64,000 nucleotides of DNA, taken from IMG/VR virus record IMGVR_UViG_3300042543_000303, positions 1 through 64,000 of that record. One strand, given 5' to 3'. The DNA comes from a virus. Made by a program: the position numbers and the translations under genes. Positions 27,292 to 36,341 of the stretch are shown here, one piece after another. The first letter of the stretch is position 1, and each line of letters opens with the position of its first letter. Below the pieces are notes generated by a model. It did no database searches. It was not told the DNA's origin and was given only the letters and a program-made list of their open reading frames with translations.

Positions 27292-28171
27292 TGCTAGTCT
27301 CCTCAGTAATCTTCTTGGCCTTTTCTTCATTGTTGCGAATCGCGGTTACCATCGAGTTAGTAAACCACTTTTCGTGATCCTGCAAACGGTCATAAAGCGC
27401 CTGATCAAAGACAGCCTTTAGACAACCAACGGCACTAGCAGACACTTCCTGCCAGATTCGACCAGTGATGTATGGAACCGGTACGCCATCTGTTGCGTAC
27501 TCAAGACTTTCGGCTGCCGCATAGTGCTGCTCATAGATGTGCAACGAACCAACGTGGTGCGCGTACGTCCCGGGCTCAATGCCTAGCACTGACGCAATCG
27601 CAATCTGCACGCGCGTAAACTGAAACCAGTCATATGCGGCGCCGAGCCAAATATCATTCGAGCGCATGTACACACTCATGTTGAGCTTGCCGTTACGAAT
27701 GCGGAACTGATGCAGCACCGTGCACGGATAGTCGCGCTTACTTGGCTGCAGATCGAGCTTTGGGTCCCAGATGGTTACGACCGCCTGCCGCGTATCCGGG
27801 TCTTTCTTAAGCCGTTCAATGACGTGCTCGTATTGTCCCCGAGTGCGCGGGCCGTACGCTCCATGAAACAGCCCATTGTTCTCAGCGTAGTTCGCGAACT
27901 GCGGGCCAACCGCAATCACAAGCTCAGGAGCGCTCACCCCCGCAAGAAGCTGCAGCGACTCAACTGACGCAATACCCGGCACCGCACCGCGCTTAACACC
28001 AAGTGGCAGTGTGTTATACACGTCATCGATGACGATCACCGCGTCCTCAATCTCGCGCGTCTTCATTCCACGCGGCGCGACTTCGTCACCGTTCTCAAGC
28101 ACCCAACGAACAACGTCGACGTACCCGTTGACTCCGTCGGCAACGTGCTTAATTTTCATTGCAGGATCCAC
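27281..28171 (-). CDS. Thymidylate-synthase-family enzyme with a dCMP-specificity Asp (probable dCMP hydroxymethylase or methylase)
   Basis: YG.R, DTRQA, PCT (catalytic Cys), MRSNDIWLGAAYD (Asp where ThyA has Asn) and SLHIYE. Confidence 0.85.
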   Translation of the reverse strand: MDPAMKIKHVADGVNGYVDVVRWVLENGDEVAPRGMKTREIEDAVIVIDDVYNTLPLGVKRGAVPGIASVESLQLLAGVSAPELVIAVGPQFANYAENNGLFHGAYGPRTRGQYEHVIERLKKDPDTRQAVVTIWDPKLDLQPSKRDYPCTVLHQFRIRNGKLNMSVYMRSNDIWLGAAYDWFQFTRVQIAIASVLGIEPGTYAHHVGSLHIYEQHYAAAESLEYATDGVPVPYITGRIWQEVSASAVGCLKAVFDQALYDRLQDHEKWFTNSMVTAIRNNEEKAKKITEETSNGE

Positions 28172-29181
28172 TGAGCGCTCCCTTGTATCTCTTCGCCACG
28201 AGCGAGTCGCTCGATAGCCTCACCGTATTTTGCCTTGTCGCTAGAATGAAAACGTCGAACGTACTGCGGATGCGCCAGCGTTCCGGCCATCTCAAATTCA
28301 AGACCAGCGTCAATCGCAGCCCGCTCGGCCTCGCGGCCTAGCGAAATTACTCGCGGGTAACCAAGCGCCGACCATAAACCGTGTAGACGTTCAGTGTCGG
28401 CAAGATCGTTCGCGTTGACGATACCGAGCTTTGGCCAGGCCTTCTCGGGCAGCGAGTCAAGAAGGAACTCGCCTGAGTTGCCGCCAACAGGCATGAATGG
28501 GAGACGGGTCTCGTCGCCGTACAGCTCGGTGACATTACGCTTGTCTCCAAGAATAAGAGCGCGTGGAGTTGTTGGCCCGATGTACTCGGGGTACTCAGTG
28601 CGCAGCTTAAATGTCTGCCGCGTAGAGAATCCCGCGCGATCAACCACGGCCTTCGCAATTCCGCGCAGACTAGAAGTATCATTTGGTTCTGGCACCAGAC
28701 GCTCGACCACGGACGGGGCAACAGTCATACCAAAGTCATAGCGCTCAACGATCGCGTCGAGTTCGCCGACCGATACAAAATCATCGCCGCGGGACTCAAG
28801 GCGTGTTCGAAGAACATCGAGCGGCTGGCTGAGAATCCACGTTGTCGCTCCGCGGGACATAAGAAAAAGCTCAACCCATCGCCAGCCTGCGCGCCCGAGT
28901 AAACCGTACCCGTCTTTGTTTGTGTGAGGGCGCTTGAGCGGTGCGTACGTGACCTCGCCCCAGTGCCAACGGTCCGCGACGATACACGCTCCAGACGTCG
29001 CGAGTTCGTCAATCGACAAGACGTATTCATTGAGCACCCATCGCCGCGATTCCTCGAGAGGGCGACCCTTATGAAAATGGTGCGCGCTATGAACTCCGCA
29101 CGACACGCTTAGGTGGTGCTCGAGCGCTCCAAGCATTGAGCTCTTACCGGCCGCGTCTGGGCCTTCGATGATGATAAACAT
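28156..29181 (-). CDS. Thymidylate-kinase-like dNMP kinase fused to a uracil-DNA-glycosylase-like domain
   Basis: IIIEGPDAAGKS P-loop and DR.H..E..Y. C-terminal YIG..LILGD..PF..SG.FL..N..LG..A..HPQY follows the UDG-superfamily motif order. Confidence 0.75.
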   Translation of the reverse strand: MFIIIEGPDAAGKSSMLGALEHHLSVSCGVHSAHHFHKGRPLEESRRWVLNEYVLSIDELATSGACIVADRWHWGEVTYAPLKRPHTNKDGYGLLGRAGWRWVELFLMSRGATTWILSQPLDVLRTRLESRGDDFVSVGELDAIVERYDFGMTVAPSVVERLVPEPNDTSSLRGIAKAVVDRAGFSTRQTFKLRTEYPEYIGPTTPRALILGDKRNVTELYGDETRLPFMPVGGNSGEFLLDSLPEKAWPKLGIVNANDLADTERLHGLWSALGYPRVISLGREAERAAIDAGLEFEMAGTLAHPQYVRRFHSSDKAKYGEAIERLARGEEIQGSAQWILQ

Positions 29182-29184
29182 CGG

Positions 29185-29241
29185 CGTCCTTTGTCGTTAG
29201 GTATGCAAAGTAATTATACCACTACGCGTGCGATTTGCGAA
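29185..29241 (-). promoter_or_regulatory. SigA-type promoter heading the replication/modification operon
   Basis: TTCGCA-17 nt-TATAAT with an extended TGG, then TAACGACA and an AGGACG RBS. Confidence 0.75.
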
Positions 29242-29244
29242 TGG

Positions 29245-29715
29245 CTAGGGTATAACCTCGACTCGGTACACGGCTTCAATGCGCTCGTCTGCCGCCGCAG
29301 CGGTGTCGAGTAGTCGCTGAGCAACGTTGGTCAAGTACCTGGCGCCGCTCTGGTCATACTTGTACAGAGCCTCGAGTACTGCGTCCGGGTCTTCACTTAC
29401 CTGCGCCCAGTACCGATGCTTCTCCGGGAAGACCATTTGCGCTTCGAGCGACGGGTTGCACTCTCCGCACGGGATCGCGCTGTCAGCAAGCTTACCAACA
29501 GATGATTCGTGCAAGCCGTAACGCTTTACGAGAGGGCATGCCGCGCCGTGGTAGACAAGCGATACTCCCACGCGCGACAAAATATAAGAACCGCTTTTTG
29601 TCCTGTACAGCTCAAACTCGATCCACCGGTCCGATCCGCGGCGCCACGAGGTAGAAGACCCGAGAAGCTGCCCATCAAATTGCAGCTTACGCGACCCGTC
29701 TCGTACTTCAAACAC
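29245..29715 (-). CDS. Hypothetical protein
   Basis: AGGAG RBS with GTG start. F.G.LLG..RW.E..LYRT..G.Y pattern. Confidence 0.75.
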   Translation of the reverse strand: MFEVRDGSRKLQFDGQLLGSSTSWRRGSDRWIEFELYRTKSGSYILSRVGVSLVYHGAACPLVKRYGLHESSVGKLADSAIPCGECNPSLEAQMVFPEKHRYWAQVSEDPDAVLEALYKYDQSGARYLTNVAQRLLDTAAAADERIEAVYRVEVIP

Positions 29716-29771
29716 TGCGTCTCCTACGTTTTATGTCAGATATCTCTCTGTACATGGATACTCTATACTGG

Positions 29772-29975
29772 CTATACGGACTTATTGGAGTTAGACTTGC
29801 CTTCGAGCTCGGCGATTTTCCTGTCTTTTTCCTCAAGTTCCTTTGAAAAATGGACTTTTAGCACCGCGAGCTGGGTTTCGTACTGAGTAGTTAGTTGGCC
29901 AATTCGCGCCTGAAGTTCCTGCGCGACAAGCTCAATTGTGTTGTCTGGCGTCGCGTCTTGATTCTTAATCGTCAC
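29772..29975 (-). CDS. Small coiled-coil protein
   Basis: AAGGAG RBS; heptad pattern. Confidence 0.65.
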   Translation of the reverse strand: MTIKNQDATPDNTIELVAQELQARIGQLTTQYETQLAVLKVHFSKELEEKDRKIAELEGKSNSNKSV

Positions 29976-29984
29976 TGAGGCTCC

Positions 29985-30224
29985 TTAGCTAACCGACGTG
30001 CCAGATGAAAGAGCAGCAAGTTTAGTCTCGAGCACGCTCTTCTTAAGTTGAAGATCGTCGATCTGTCCCTGAATATCCGCAACATAGCCTAGGTTTGGCT
30101 CGCTGATCGCGGTTTCCATGAGCACGTCTAGCTCGAGGTTGTACATTTGGTACGCCGTATTCTTGATTTTGGAGCGAATCGACGACGCCTTTTCCTCGTC
30201 GGAAAGTTCGCTAAAGTCATCCAT
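29985..30224 (-). CDS. Small coiled-coil protein
   Basis: AAGGA RBS; GGTACAAT -10 box near 30266-30271. Confidence 0.65.
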   Translation of the reverse strand: MDDFSELSDEEKASSIRSKIKNTAYQMYNLELDVLMETAISEPNLGYVADIQGQIDDLQLKKSVLETKLAALSSGTSVS

Positions 30225-30300
30225 AATTCATCCTTTACTATGCTCGAATAGCGCCAGTGATTCTAATTGTACCGCGTTTCTATCGCTGTTACCCCGCATT

Positions 30301-31047
30301 TCACCGATAGCTTTTCGGGGACCAGTACATTTTTTTGTACGCCTCTCCCATGAATAATTTCATGCCCTCGCCAGCATACTCATCAAACTCGCTAAGACTC
30401 GCGACACGATGCTCCCAACTTTCACGCTTGATCGGAATCACCTGCGCGACGGGCGTCCCTCTCGGGATCAACCCGTTGAAATCTTTCTTAAGGAAGAAAG
30501 GTAGATTTACAGGCACACCATACTTATCCGCTTCAACTACTCCTGACATCGTGTAGAATGGGAGCTCTATGCGATTCAACGGGTGTGTGTACAGAAGGCT
30601 ATAACCTTTCGGCACTGTGATAGCCCAGTGAAAATTCCACTTATACGGCGCCGGTTCGTACTCCTCGGGAGCTTGAAACCCTTCCATCTGCTTTGCCGCG
30701 TGCGTGTCAATCATGTTGGTGTTCGAGTCCCAGATGATGCGAGCCTCGTAGTACTGCGGATCCACTACTGTCACATCGGTTGGAAGCGTGATCGTGTAAC
30801 CAGTAAGCATCGAATCAAGAAATGGTTTGCATGCTTTTACCGTGAAATTGGTATTGTTCGGCGTCGAATTTTTGTCCGGGTATCGACTGCTTTTTGCCTC
30901 AGGGACAACGTACTTGCCGAGCGTTTGAAACCACTTTGGAACATTCTTACTTGCAGGCGAGGGGTGATCAAGTATTCGCTCGGCACGCTCCGTGTCAGGA
31001 GTAAAGGTTATTGTTCGCTTTAGAGGCAGCCTGCTAAAAGAAAACAT
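30301..31047 (-). CDS. DUF6065-like protein (dUTPase-like beta fold); start revised to MFSFSR
   Basis: P.WF..TVKAC.PF.D....GY..W.I..PKGYS.L..HP.N..SGVV..D..IPRGTP..Q.IP pattern. GGAG RBS. Confidence 0.65.
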   Translation of the reverse strand: MFSFSRLPLKRTITFTPDTERAERILDHPSPASKNVPKWFQTLGKYVVPEAKSSRYPDKNSTPNNTNFTVKACKPFLDSMLTGYTITLPTDVTVVDPQYYEARIIWDSNTNMIDTHAAKQMEGFQAPEEYEPAPYKWNFHWAITVPKGYSLLYTHPLNRIELPFYTMSGVVEADKYGVPVNLPFFLKKDFNGLIPRGTPVAQVIPIKRESWEHRVASLSEFDEYAGEGMKLFMGEAYKKMYWSPKSYR

Positions 31048-31057
31048 GTGTTCTCCG

Positions 31058-31324
31058 TCAGTTGTTAGACACGTCATTAAGCTTTTCTAGGTTACGCTGC
31101 AGCGCAGTAATTCGCGCTTGGCAGTTTGTAAGTTCTTTTTCAATGAATCGAAGATGGTCTTTCTTTTCGTCTGCGTACTCGACGTCGTCATTTGTCAATT
31201 CTAGTAGAATAATATCCTGCCTGCTTCGCAATTTGTCCATGCACGCAGTCACTTCTTCTATTTTATGCACAGTAATCCACCTTTTAGTGTGATTCTGCGC
31301 TTGTGTTTCTTCTTGATTTTCCAT
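31058..31324 (-). CDS. Small coiled-coil protein (start revised to MENQEE)
   Basis: Fits between its neighbours without overlap. Confidence 0.6.
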   Translation of the reverse strand: MENQEETQAQNHTKRWITVHKIEEVTACMDKLRSRQDIILLELTNDDVEYADEKKDHLRFIEKELTNCQARITALQRNLEKLNDVSNN

Positions 31325-31335
31325 AGATGTCTGCT

Positions 31336-33924
31336 CTACGACGCTGGAATGTTGGCAGAGAGCCCGCTCTGCGTACCGGTTCCACCCCACGGTGTTTGAG
31401 GAACTACTCGGTATCTAAACGCGCCGGAAACGGGCGGATTGGCGTAGCTGTCTTGAAACTGAGTGTTAGTGGTAGATCCAACCTCAGTGCCCGCGGACGT
31501 GCCCTGCCCTCGAAACACTGTGTAGCTGACCGTGCCTCCTCCGTTAGCATTGGACGCGCTCCAAGATATGTTGACATTATTGTTTGTGTTGTTAGCTGAA
31601 CCGCCGGGCGTCCCCGGAGCTCCAGGCGCTGCGCCTGTAGGTGTTGTAATAGAGCCAAGCGCTTCGACAGTGTTAATGCTATTTGTCATGCTAACTTTGT
31701 AGTAGTATGTCGTGTTTAGCGCAAAGTTTCCTGCGTCCAGCACGGACAAAAGCTGATTATTAGTGTTGGTTGTTCCGCCCGCAACGCTGCCGATGCTTGT
31801 CTGCGGGTTGGTGTTTTGTCCGCGGAAAACGGAATAGTTTGGAGTATTTCCGCTTCCAATATTTCCGCTGAAAATAACAAGAACTTCCCTAGCATTGCTT
31901 GACACTATAGGCAAAACGTTCACAGTCGGCTGCGTCACCGCCAGCTCGGATGATACAGCACTCCGCAAGCCAATGGCGCTTAGATTAACGTTCCCTGCGG
32001 CGAGCGTGTTCTGTGGAACTACTCTATAGTAGTAGCCTGTCGCACTGCCGGCGATGTTATCTGTAAAAGAAGTGTTAGCGATAAGACCAGACCGGTCTGT
32101 TGCAACGTTAGCGTCGTTTTGTCCGCGATACACGCGGTAGGAAAGATCACTACCCCCTCGAGCATCAGCGGCCGTCCAGTTGATCGTCGCTTGCGCGTTC
32201 GTAGCGTTAATGGTAGGGTTGCTAAACGCGGGGGTCCCGGGCGTGCTTGGAGAAGAATTTAGAACAACTTCAACGTACGGTCCAGCGCCTGCGCCGTTAA
32301 CTGCTCGCACTCTTACTCCGCATTTAGAACCGGAGAAAATACTTATGTCCGAGCTGGTGCTTGTTCCGTTGCTTGTCCAAATGTCATCAAAAGCGAATGA
32401 GCCGCCGGTGTCATCAAGATCGAAATCAAACTCATATCTGGTGATGGGGGTTCCAACGTCCGGAGCGCCCCAGGCAATGTTCCAGGTAATTAAACTACCA
32501 GAAGACCCGGCGGAAACGGCAGCCTGTCGCGGGTTAGTCACAGTGACGTTTTTAACAGCGGAAGGCACGCTCTGATGCGTGTAACTAACGCTACCTGGGA
32601 ATCCGTACTGGCCATCATAGGTTGCTCGTGAGATCGGACTAACGGTCACTGAGTACGCTCTGCCGGAAGTAAGTCCGCTCATTGTGATGCTTGTCCCAGT
32701 GGTAAATGCTGAGAAGTCGTCAACACCGCCCGCGGAAGCTCTAACCCAGTAGCCATTAGCGGTGCTCCCGCTCCAAGACACTGTCGCCGTAGTTGCCGTA
32801 GCGTACACGGGCGTGCTCACTGTTGGCGTAGACGGGTAAAACATGTTTGACTTAGTAAACGCGCTAGGAGAAAGCGCCGGAGAAGAACTTGTTCCTCCGC
32901 CGGTAAACACTAATGTTCCGTTGGTTAAATCCACAGGGTTAGCGACGGGTATCCACCCGTTAAAGATAGAAGGCGCCGTTGTCGACGGCGCCGCGGAGGC
33001 AGCCGCCACCGCGGTTAGCGGGTTCATCGTGACCCGGAACCGCGTGTTTGCCGCGTACGACGCGCTGGGGTGCGTCTTAATTTGGTACCCGCCAGACTGC
33101 CACGCGGTGTACGTTTCAATGTAGCTGGTTGTGACTGGGTTTACAACAAAAACGTCTACAATGTTGCTGTTGTTCGTAAAAACTATCTCCATTTCAATGT
33201 TTGGAGTAGAAGGTCTCTGATTTTCTGGAATGTCGTCTCTCCACATTTGATGATAGATACGAAACGTGGTCAGGTCAGACTTGTACCATACTTCATAGTG
33301 TCGAAATTGCCCGCTGAAGTATCGAAGAATTCTCGCAGTAAGAAGATCAAATGCCGTGGCAGAAGGAAAATTGCCGTTAGAGTCTGGGTCAAGCATGATA
33401 AAGGCGTTTGCGTTGACGCCAAGTGATACGCCGAACGAAAACGTGTAGTATGGATTTGGCACTGGTAGAATAATGGAAGCAGATGGAACTGCGGTAGACG
33501 CGCGCTCATTGGTACCGGTTATTAGGCATCGAAGAAACCTGCCAATATCCGTGTCTTGAACTGTGTATGACAAACCAGTCGCACTGGAAATGTTGCTGTA
33601 TGTGCCGCCTAGAGTGGGCGCACTCTGCCATTGATATGCGACAGCGTCGGGGCTTCTGTAGTCTGAAAAATCCCAGAAAAAATAATCGCTAAGCGACACT
33701 GTAAACCCGGGGACAGGGGTTCCTGTGACAAATGGCGTAGAGACGTTATCCGGCGGGTCAGGGTAGACAACTTGCCAAAACCCTCCCGGGTCAGGGCCTC
33801 TCCAGGCTGAGATTTTTTTCGCCAGGTACCAGTCAGTTGTTGGAGCACCAGTCGCTGTCGTCCTGAAAACTTTGAGCCTCTGGGCCAGATCCCAGACGTT
33901 ATTTCTAAACACCTTAAATGACAT
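31336..33924 (-). CDS. Tail fibre / minor tail protein with Ig-like and fibronectin type III domains
   Basis: YQWQ..I..AT..Y...D.G..LRC Ig-like motif and several P.AP..W..Y.V..Y.YRV FN3 units. Confidence 0.8.
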   Translation of the reverse strand: MSFKVFRNNVWDLAQRLKVFRTTATGAPTTDWYLAKKISAWRGPDPGGFWQVVYPDPPDNVSTPFVTGTPVPGFTVSLSDYFFWDFSDYRSPDAVAYQWQSAPTLGGTYSNISSATGLSYTVQDTDIGRFLRCLITGTNERASTAVPSASIILPVPNPYYTFSFGVSLGVNANAFIMLDPDSNGNFPSATAFDLLTARILRYFSGQFRHYEVWYKSDLTTFRIYHQMWRDDIPENQRPSTPNIEMEIVFTNNSNIVDVFVVNPVTTSYIETYTAWQSGGYQIKTHPSASYAANTRFRVTMNPLTAVAAASAAPSTTAPSIFNGWIPVANPVDLTNGTLVFTGGGTSSSPALSPSAFTKSNMFYPSTPTVSTPVYATATTATVSWSGSTANGYWVRASAGGVDDFSAFTTGTSITMSGLTSGRAYSVTVSPISRATYDGQYGFPGSVSYTHQSVPSAVKNVTVTNPRQAAVSAGSSGSLITWNIAWGAPDVGTPITRYEFDFDLDDTGGSFAFDDIWTSNGTSTSSDISIFSGSKCGVRVRAVNGAGAGPYVEVVLNSSPSTPGTPAFSNPTINATNAQATINWTAADARGGSDLSYRVYRGQNDANVATDRSGLIANTSFTDNIAGSATGYYYRVVPQNTLAAGNVNLSAIGLRSAVSSELAVTQPTVNVLPIVSSNAREVLVIFSGNIGSGNTPNYSVFRGQNTNPQTSIGSVAGGTTNTNNQLLSVLDAGNFALNTTYYYKVSMTNSINTVEALGSITTPTGAAPGAPGTPGGSANNTNNNVNISWSASNANGGGTVSYTVFRGQGTSAGTEVGSTTNTQFQDSYANPPVSGAFRYRVVPQTPWGGTGTQSGLSANIPAS

Positions 33925-33938
33925 GACAACCAGACCCG

Positions 33939-36341
33939 TCAGAATTCAATGTGTATGTCTCCGGCAGTTCTGCCTGATGTTGGGGCAGTACCACCGTATG
34001 TTATCTTATTTGTCGTTGTTCCGTCCGTTGCGTTGCTGTAGCCTCCAGAGTTTCCATCCACAGCGGTGCCGTTGACAGTGAAAGTGCCTTGGATATTTGT
34101 ATTTCCTACTATTAGAATGGATCCGGATCCTCCGGTACTGATGTTGTAACTAGAAGCAAACATTGAAATAGTAGAAGTTGCAGGACCAGTAGTCGCCAGA
34201 TTAATTTCTGGGGGAAACCCGCTGGCCCCTCCGGGATCATAGCCTTCAATATTTAGGGTCTGATCTGTAGTAGGAGACGCACCAACCGTAAGATACATAC
34301 GGGCTGGCACAACGGGGGATGAACTCGACCTTGCTATTTTTGATAGAGATGGCGTGACGTAGACAAATTCAAGCAGGTCAGATTTAGCCCGGCCATCTAC
34401 ATTAGACATTCTAATAAAGTTATTGTTTGCTCCGACCGCAGTCTGGAAAGAATTCGCAGTAATGCCGCCGGAAAAAGTTCCATTCGCGCCAACCAGGGTC
34501 CCAGAGATGTTTAGGCTACTGCCATTCCATTCAACGTATTTGGAAGAGCCTCCAACTCTAAACTCGGCTGTGGCGCCAGTCTGGCTGAGGGTCCAGTAGT
34601 TGTTGGAGTTCAAGAACAACCCATCACGGACAGACATCACGTCTTTGCCGAAAGCGTACGTGGTGCCTTGGATAGTCAACTTTCCCTTGACGGTCCCCCC
34701 GGTGGGGTTAGTTTCGCCTTCGAATGAAGCCGTGCCGTCAGACGCTCTGATATAGAAGATTGGATTGGTAGCGGTGCCCTTGTAGCCGAAAATGCCGTCT
34801 GATGTCATCTCCACTCGGGTATTGGAGTCGGCAGTTTTGAAGGTGCCTCCCCCGGTGAGGGTAATATCCCCGCCGGTCAGTTTAAGAAGACCAGAGACTG
34901 TGTCGTAAGTCAATTGCTTGGTGCTTGACCCGACGCTAAACGCGGTTGACCCTCCAGTGTTCGACACCGTCCAGTGATTGTTGGCGTCAATTCTGAGGCC
35001 GTCTCGGTTCGACAGAACGTTCTGCCCGATCTCGATTCTGTCTACTGCCCCGGCGATAGCGCGAATACTAAGTTTTCCCTTTATCACGCCGCCGGTAGGG
35101 TTGGTAGTTCCCTCAAAGTTGACCGCGCCACCCTTAGTGACTGTCAACCCCTCAGTGCCAGAAGACCCAGCCTTGAAAATAAGACTGGTAGAGCCTGTAA
35201 CCGAGTTGGGGCGGTACCAGTAGTTGTAAGGGCCTAGGCGTATGCCGTCTTCTGCCTCGGTAGGGCCGACATCGGGTCCAATCAAAAGTGCTTCGTCGCC
35301 AGTACCGACTTTAAGTTGTCCAGATATGCTCAGACGATCAATGCTGTCAGGTGTGTTGAATTTGATAAATTCCTCAGTGTCTCCGAGAAAGAACGAGCCT
35401 TGAGTCGCGTCGAGGCGGAACAGTGCCGGAAGCGATGACTGTGAAGCCGAGTCAAGACCATAGGTCTCGCCGTCAGGGTTGCTTAGCACTGTGATTCCGG
35501 CGTAGAAGGTAGAAGAAAAATCAACCTCCGCGCCTTCGTCGTGCGCCGCGGACGACCCGGAGACACCGCGCACAACAGCTAGGGTTGTCCCAGTTCGCGC
35601 AGTTACGAGAACTACTTCCTCGTCAGGAGTCCCCGCGTCGATCTTTAAGTTGTACGTCACGGCGGGCGACGGCAAACCAGACGCATCCGCTATCGTCAAC
35701 GTGGTAGCCGAGCTAGTTATCGCCGCAGCAAGCTCACTGCTAAACTCGATATCTCCAGACCCGCCCGAGATCTCGAGGCGCGAAAAGCCTTCAGACGTGG
35801 GGTACTGGCCTACACGGATGATCGCAGCCGCGTCAAGCACACCAGTTGCGATCTTACCCGCGTTAAGAAAACGAAATGCCGCGTCGCCAAAAAGAGCCGG
35901 CTCCCACGAGTCACCGTCCCACTGGTACGGAGTGTACTTAGGCCGCCCGTCGGTGTCCAGCGACGTGTCGTACCAGATGTCATCAACTTGATACGTGCCT
36001 TCGTCTGGCCGCGTAGCACTAAAGAATAGAGAGTTCTTGCCATTAGCCGCGTTGGTAGAAAACGTCGCCGACGAGACTAACGCGTCAGTGATGCCGAAAC
36101 CCTGCTCCTCCGTTGTATCTCCAGTGGAATCACCGCTGCTGTATGTCTGCTGTAAAAGAGTGAGCAATTCAGGGCTCAGCTTGTCAAGAGTGATCAACCC
36201 CGGAGCAAGCATGTCCGAGGTAACACTCCACGAGTCAATGGAAGAACGTGGCCGCCGCTCGACAGACTTAAGGCGACGGTCAAGATCGTTGAGGTTCTGT
36301 CCGAGGTCTTTCTTGGCAGTCCTACGACGACTGGTTGCCAA
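33939..36341 (-). CDS. Minor tail protein (fibre/spike)
   Basis: N-terminal coiled coil, G....DIWYDT..W.G..W, LNAGKIATG and repeated DG.RI..NNYW..F.VG units. Confidence 0.75.
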   Translation of the reverse strand: MATSRRRTAKKDLGQNLNDLDRRLKSVERRPRSSIDSWSVTSDMLAPGLITLDKLSPELLTLLQQTYSSGDSTGDTTEEQGFGITDALVSSATFSTNAANGKNSLFFSATRPDEGTYQVDDIWYDTSLDTDGRPKYTPYQWDGDSWEPALFGDAAFRFLNAGKIATGVLDAAAIIRVGQYPTSEGFSRLEISGGSGDIEFSSELAAAITSSATTLTIADASGLPSPAVTYNLKIDAGTPDEEVVLVTARTGTTLAVVRGVSGSSAAHDEGAEVDFSSTFYAGITVLSNPDGETYGLDSASQSSLPALFRLDATQGSFFLGDTEEFIKFNTPDSIDRLSISGQLKVGTGDEALLIGPDVGPTEAEDGIRLGPYNYWYRPNSVTGSTSLIFKAGSSGTEGLTVTKGGAVNFEGTTNPTGGVIKGKLSIRAIAGAVDRIEIGQNVLSNRDGLRIDANNHWTVSNTGGSTAFSVGSSTKQLTYDTVSGLLKLTGGDITLTGGGTFKTADSNTRVEMTSDGIFGYKGTATNPIFYIRASDGTASFEGETNPTGGTVKGKLTIQGTTYAFGKDVMSVRDGLFLNSNNYWTLSQTGATAEFRVGGSSKYVEWNGSSLNISGTLVGANGTFSGGITANSFQTAVGANNNFIRMSNVDGRAKSDLLEFVYVTPSLSKIARSSSSPVVPARMYLTVGASPTTDQTLNIEGYDPGGASGFPPEINLATTGPATSTISMFASSYNISTGGSGSILIVGNTNIQGTFTVNGTAVDGNSGGYSNATDGTTTNKITYGGTAPTSGRTAGDIHIEF

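Noticed and set aside
27281-28171. Ordinary thyA
   Set aside because: It has Asp rather than Asn at the pyrimidine-specificity position, and PCT rather than PCH.
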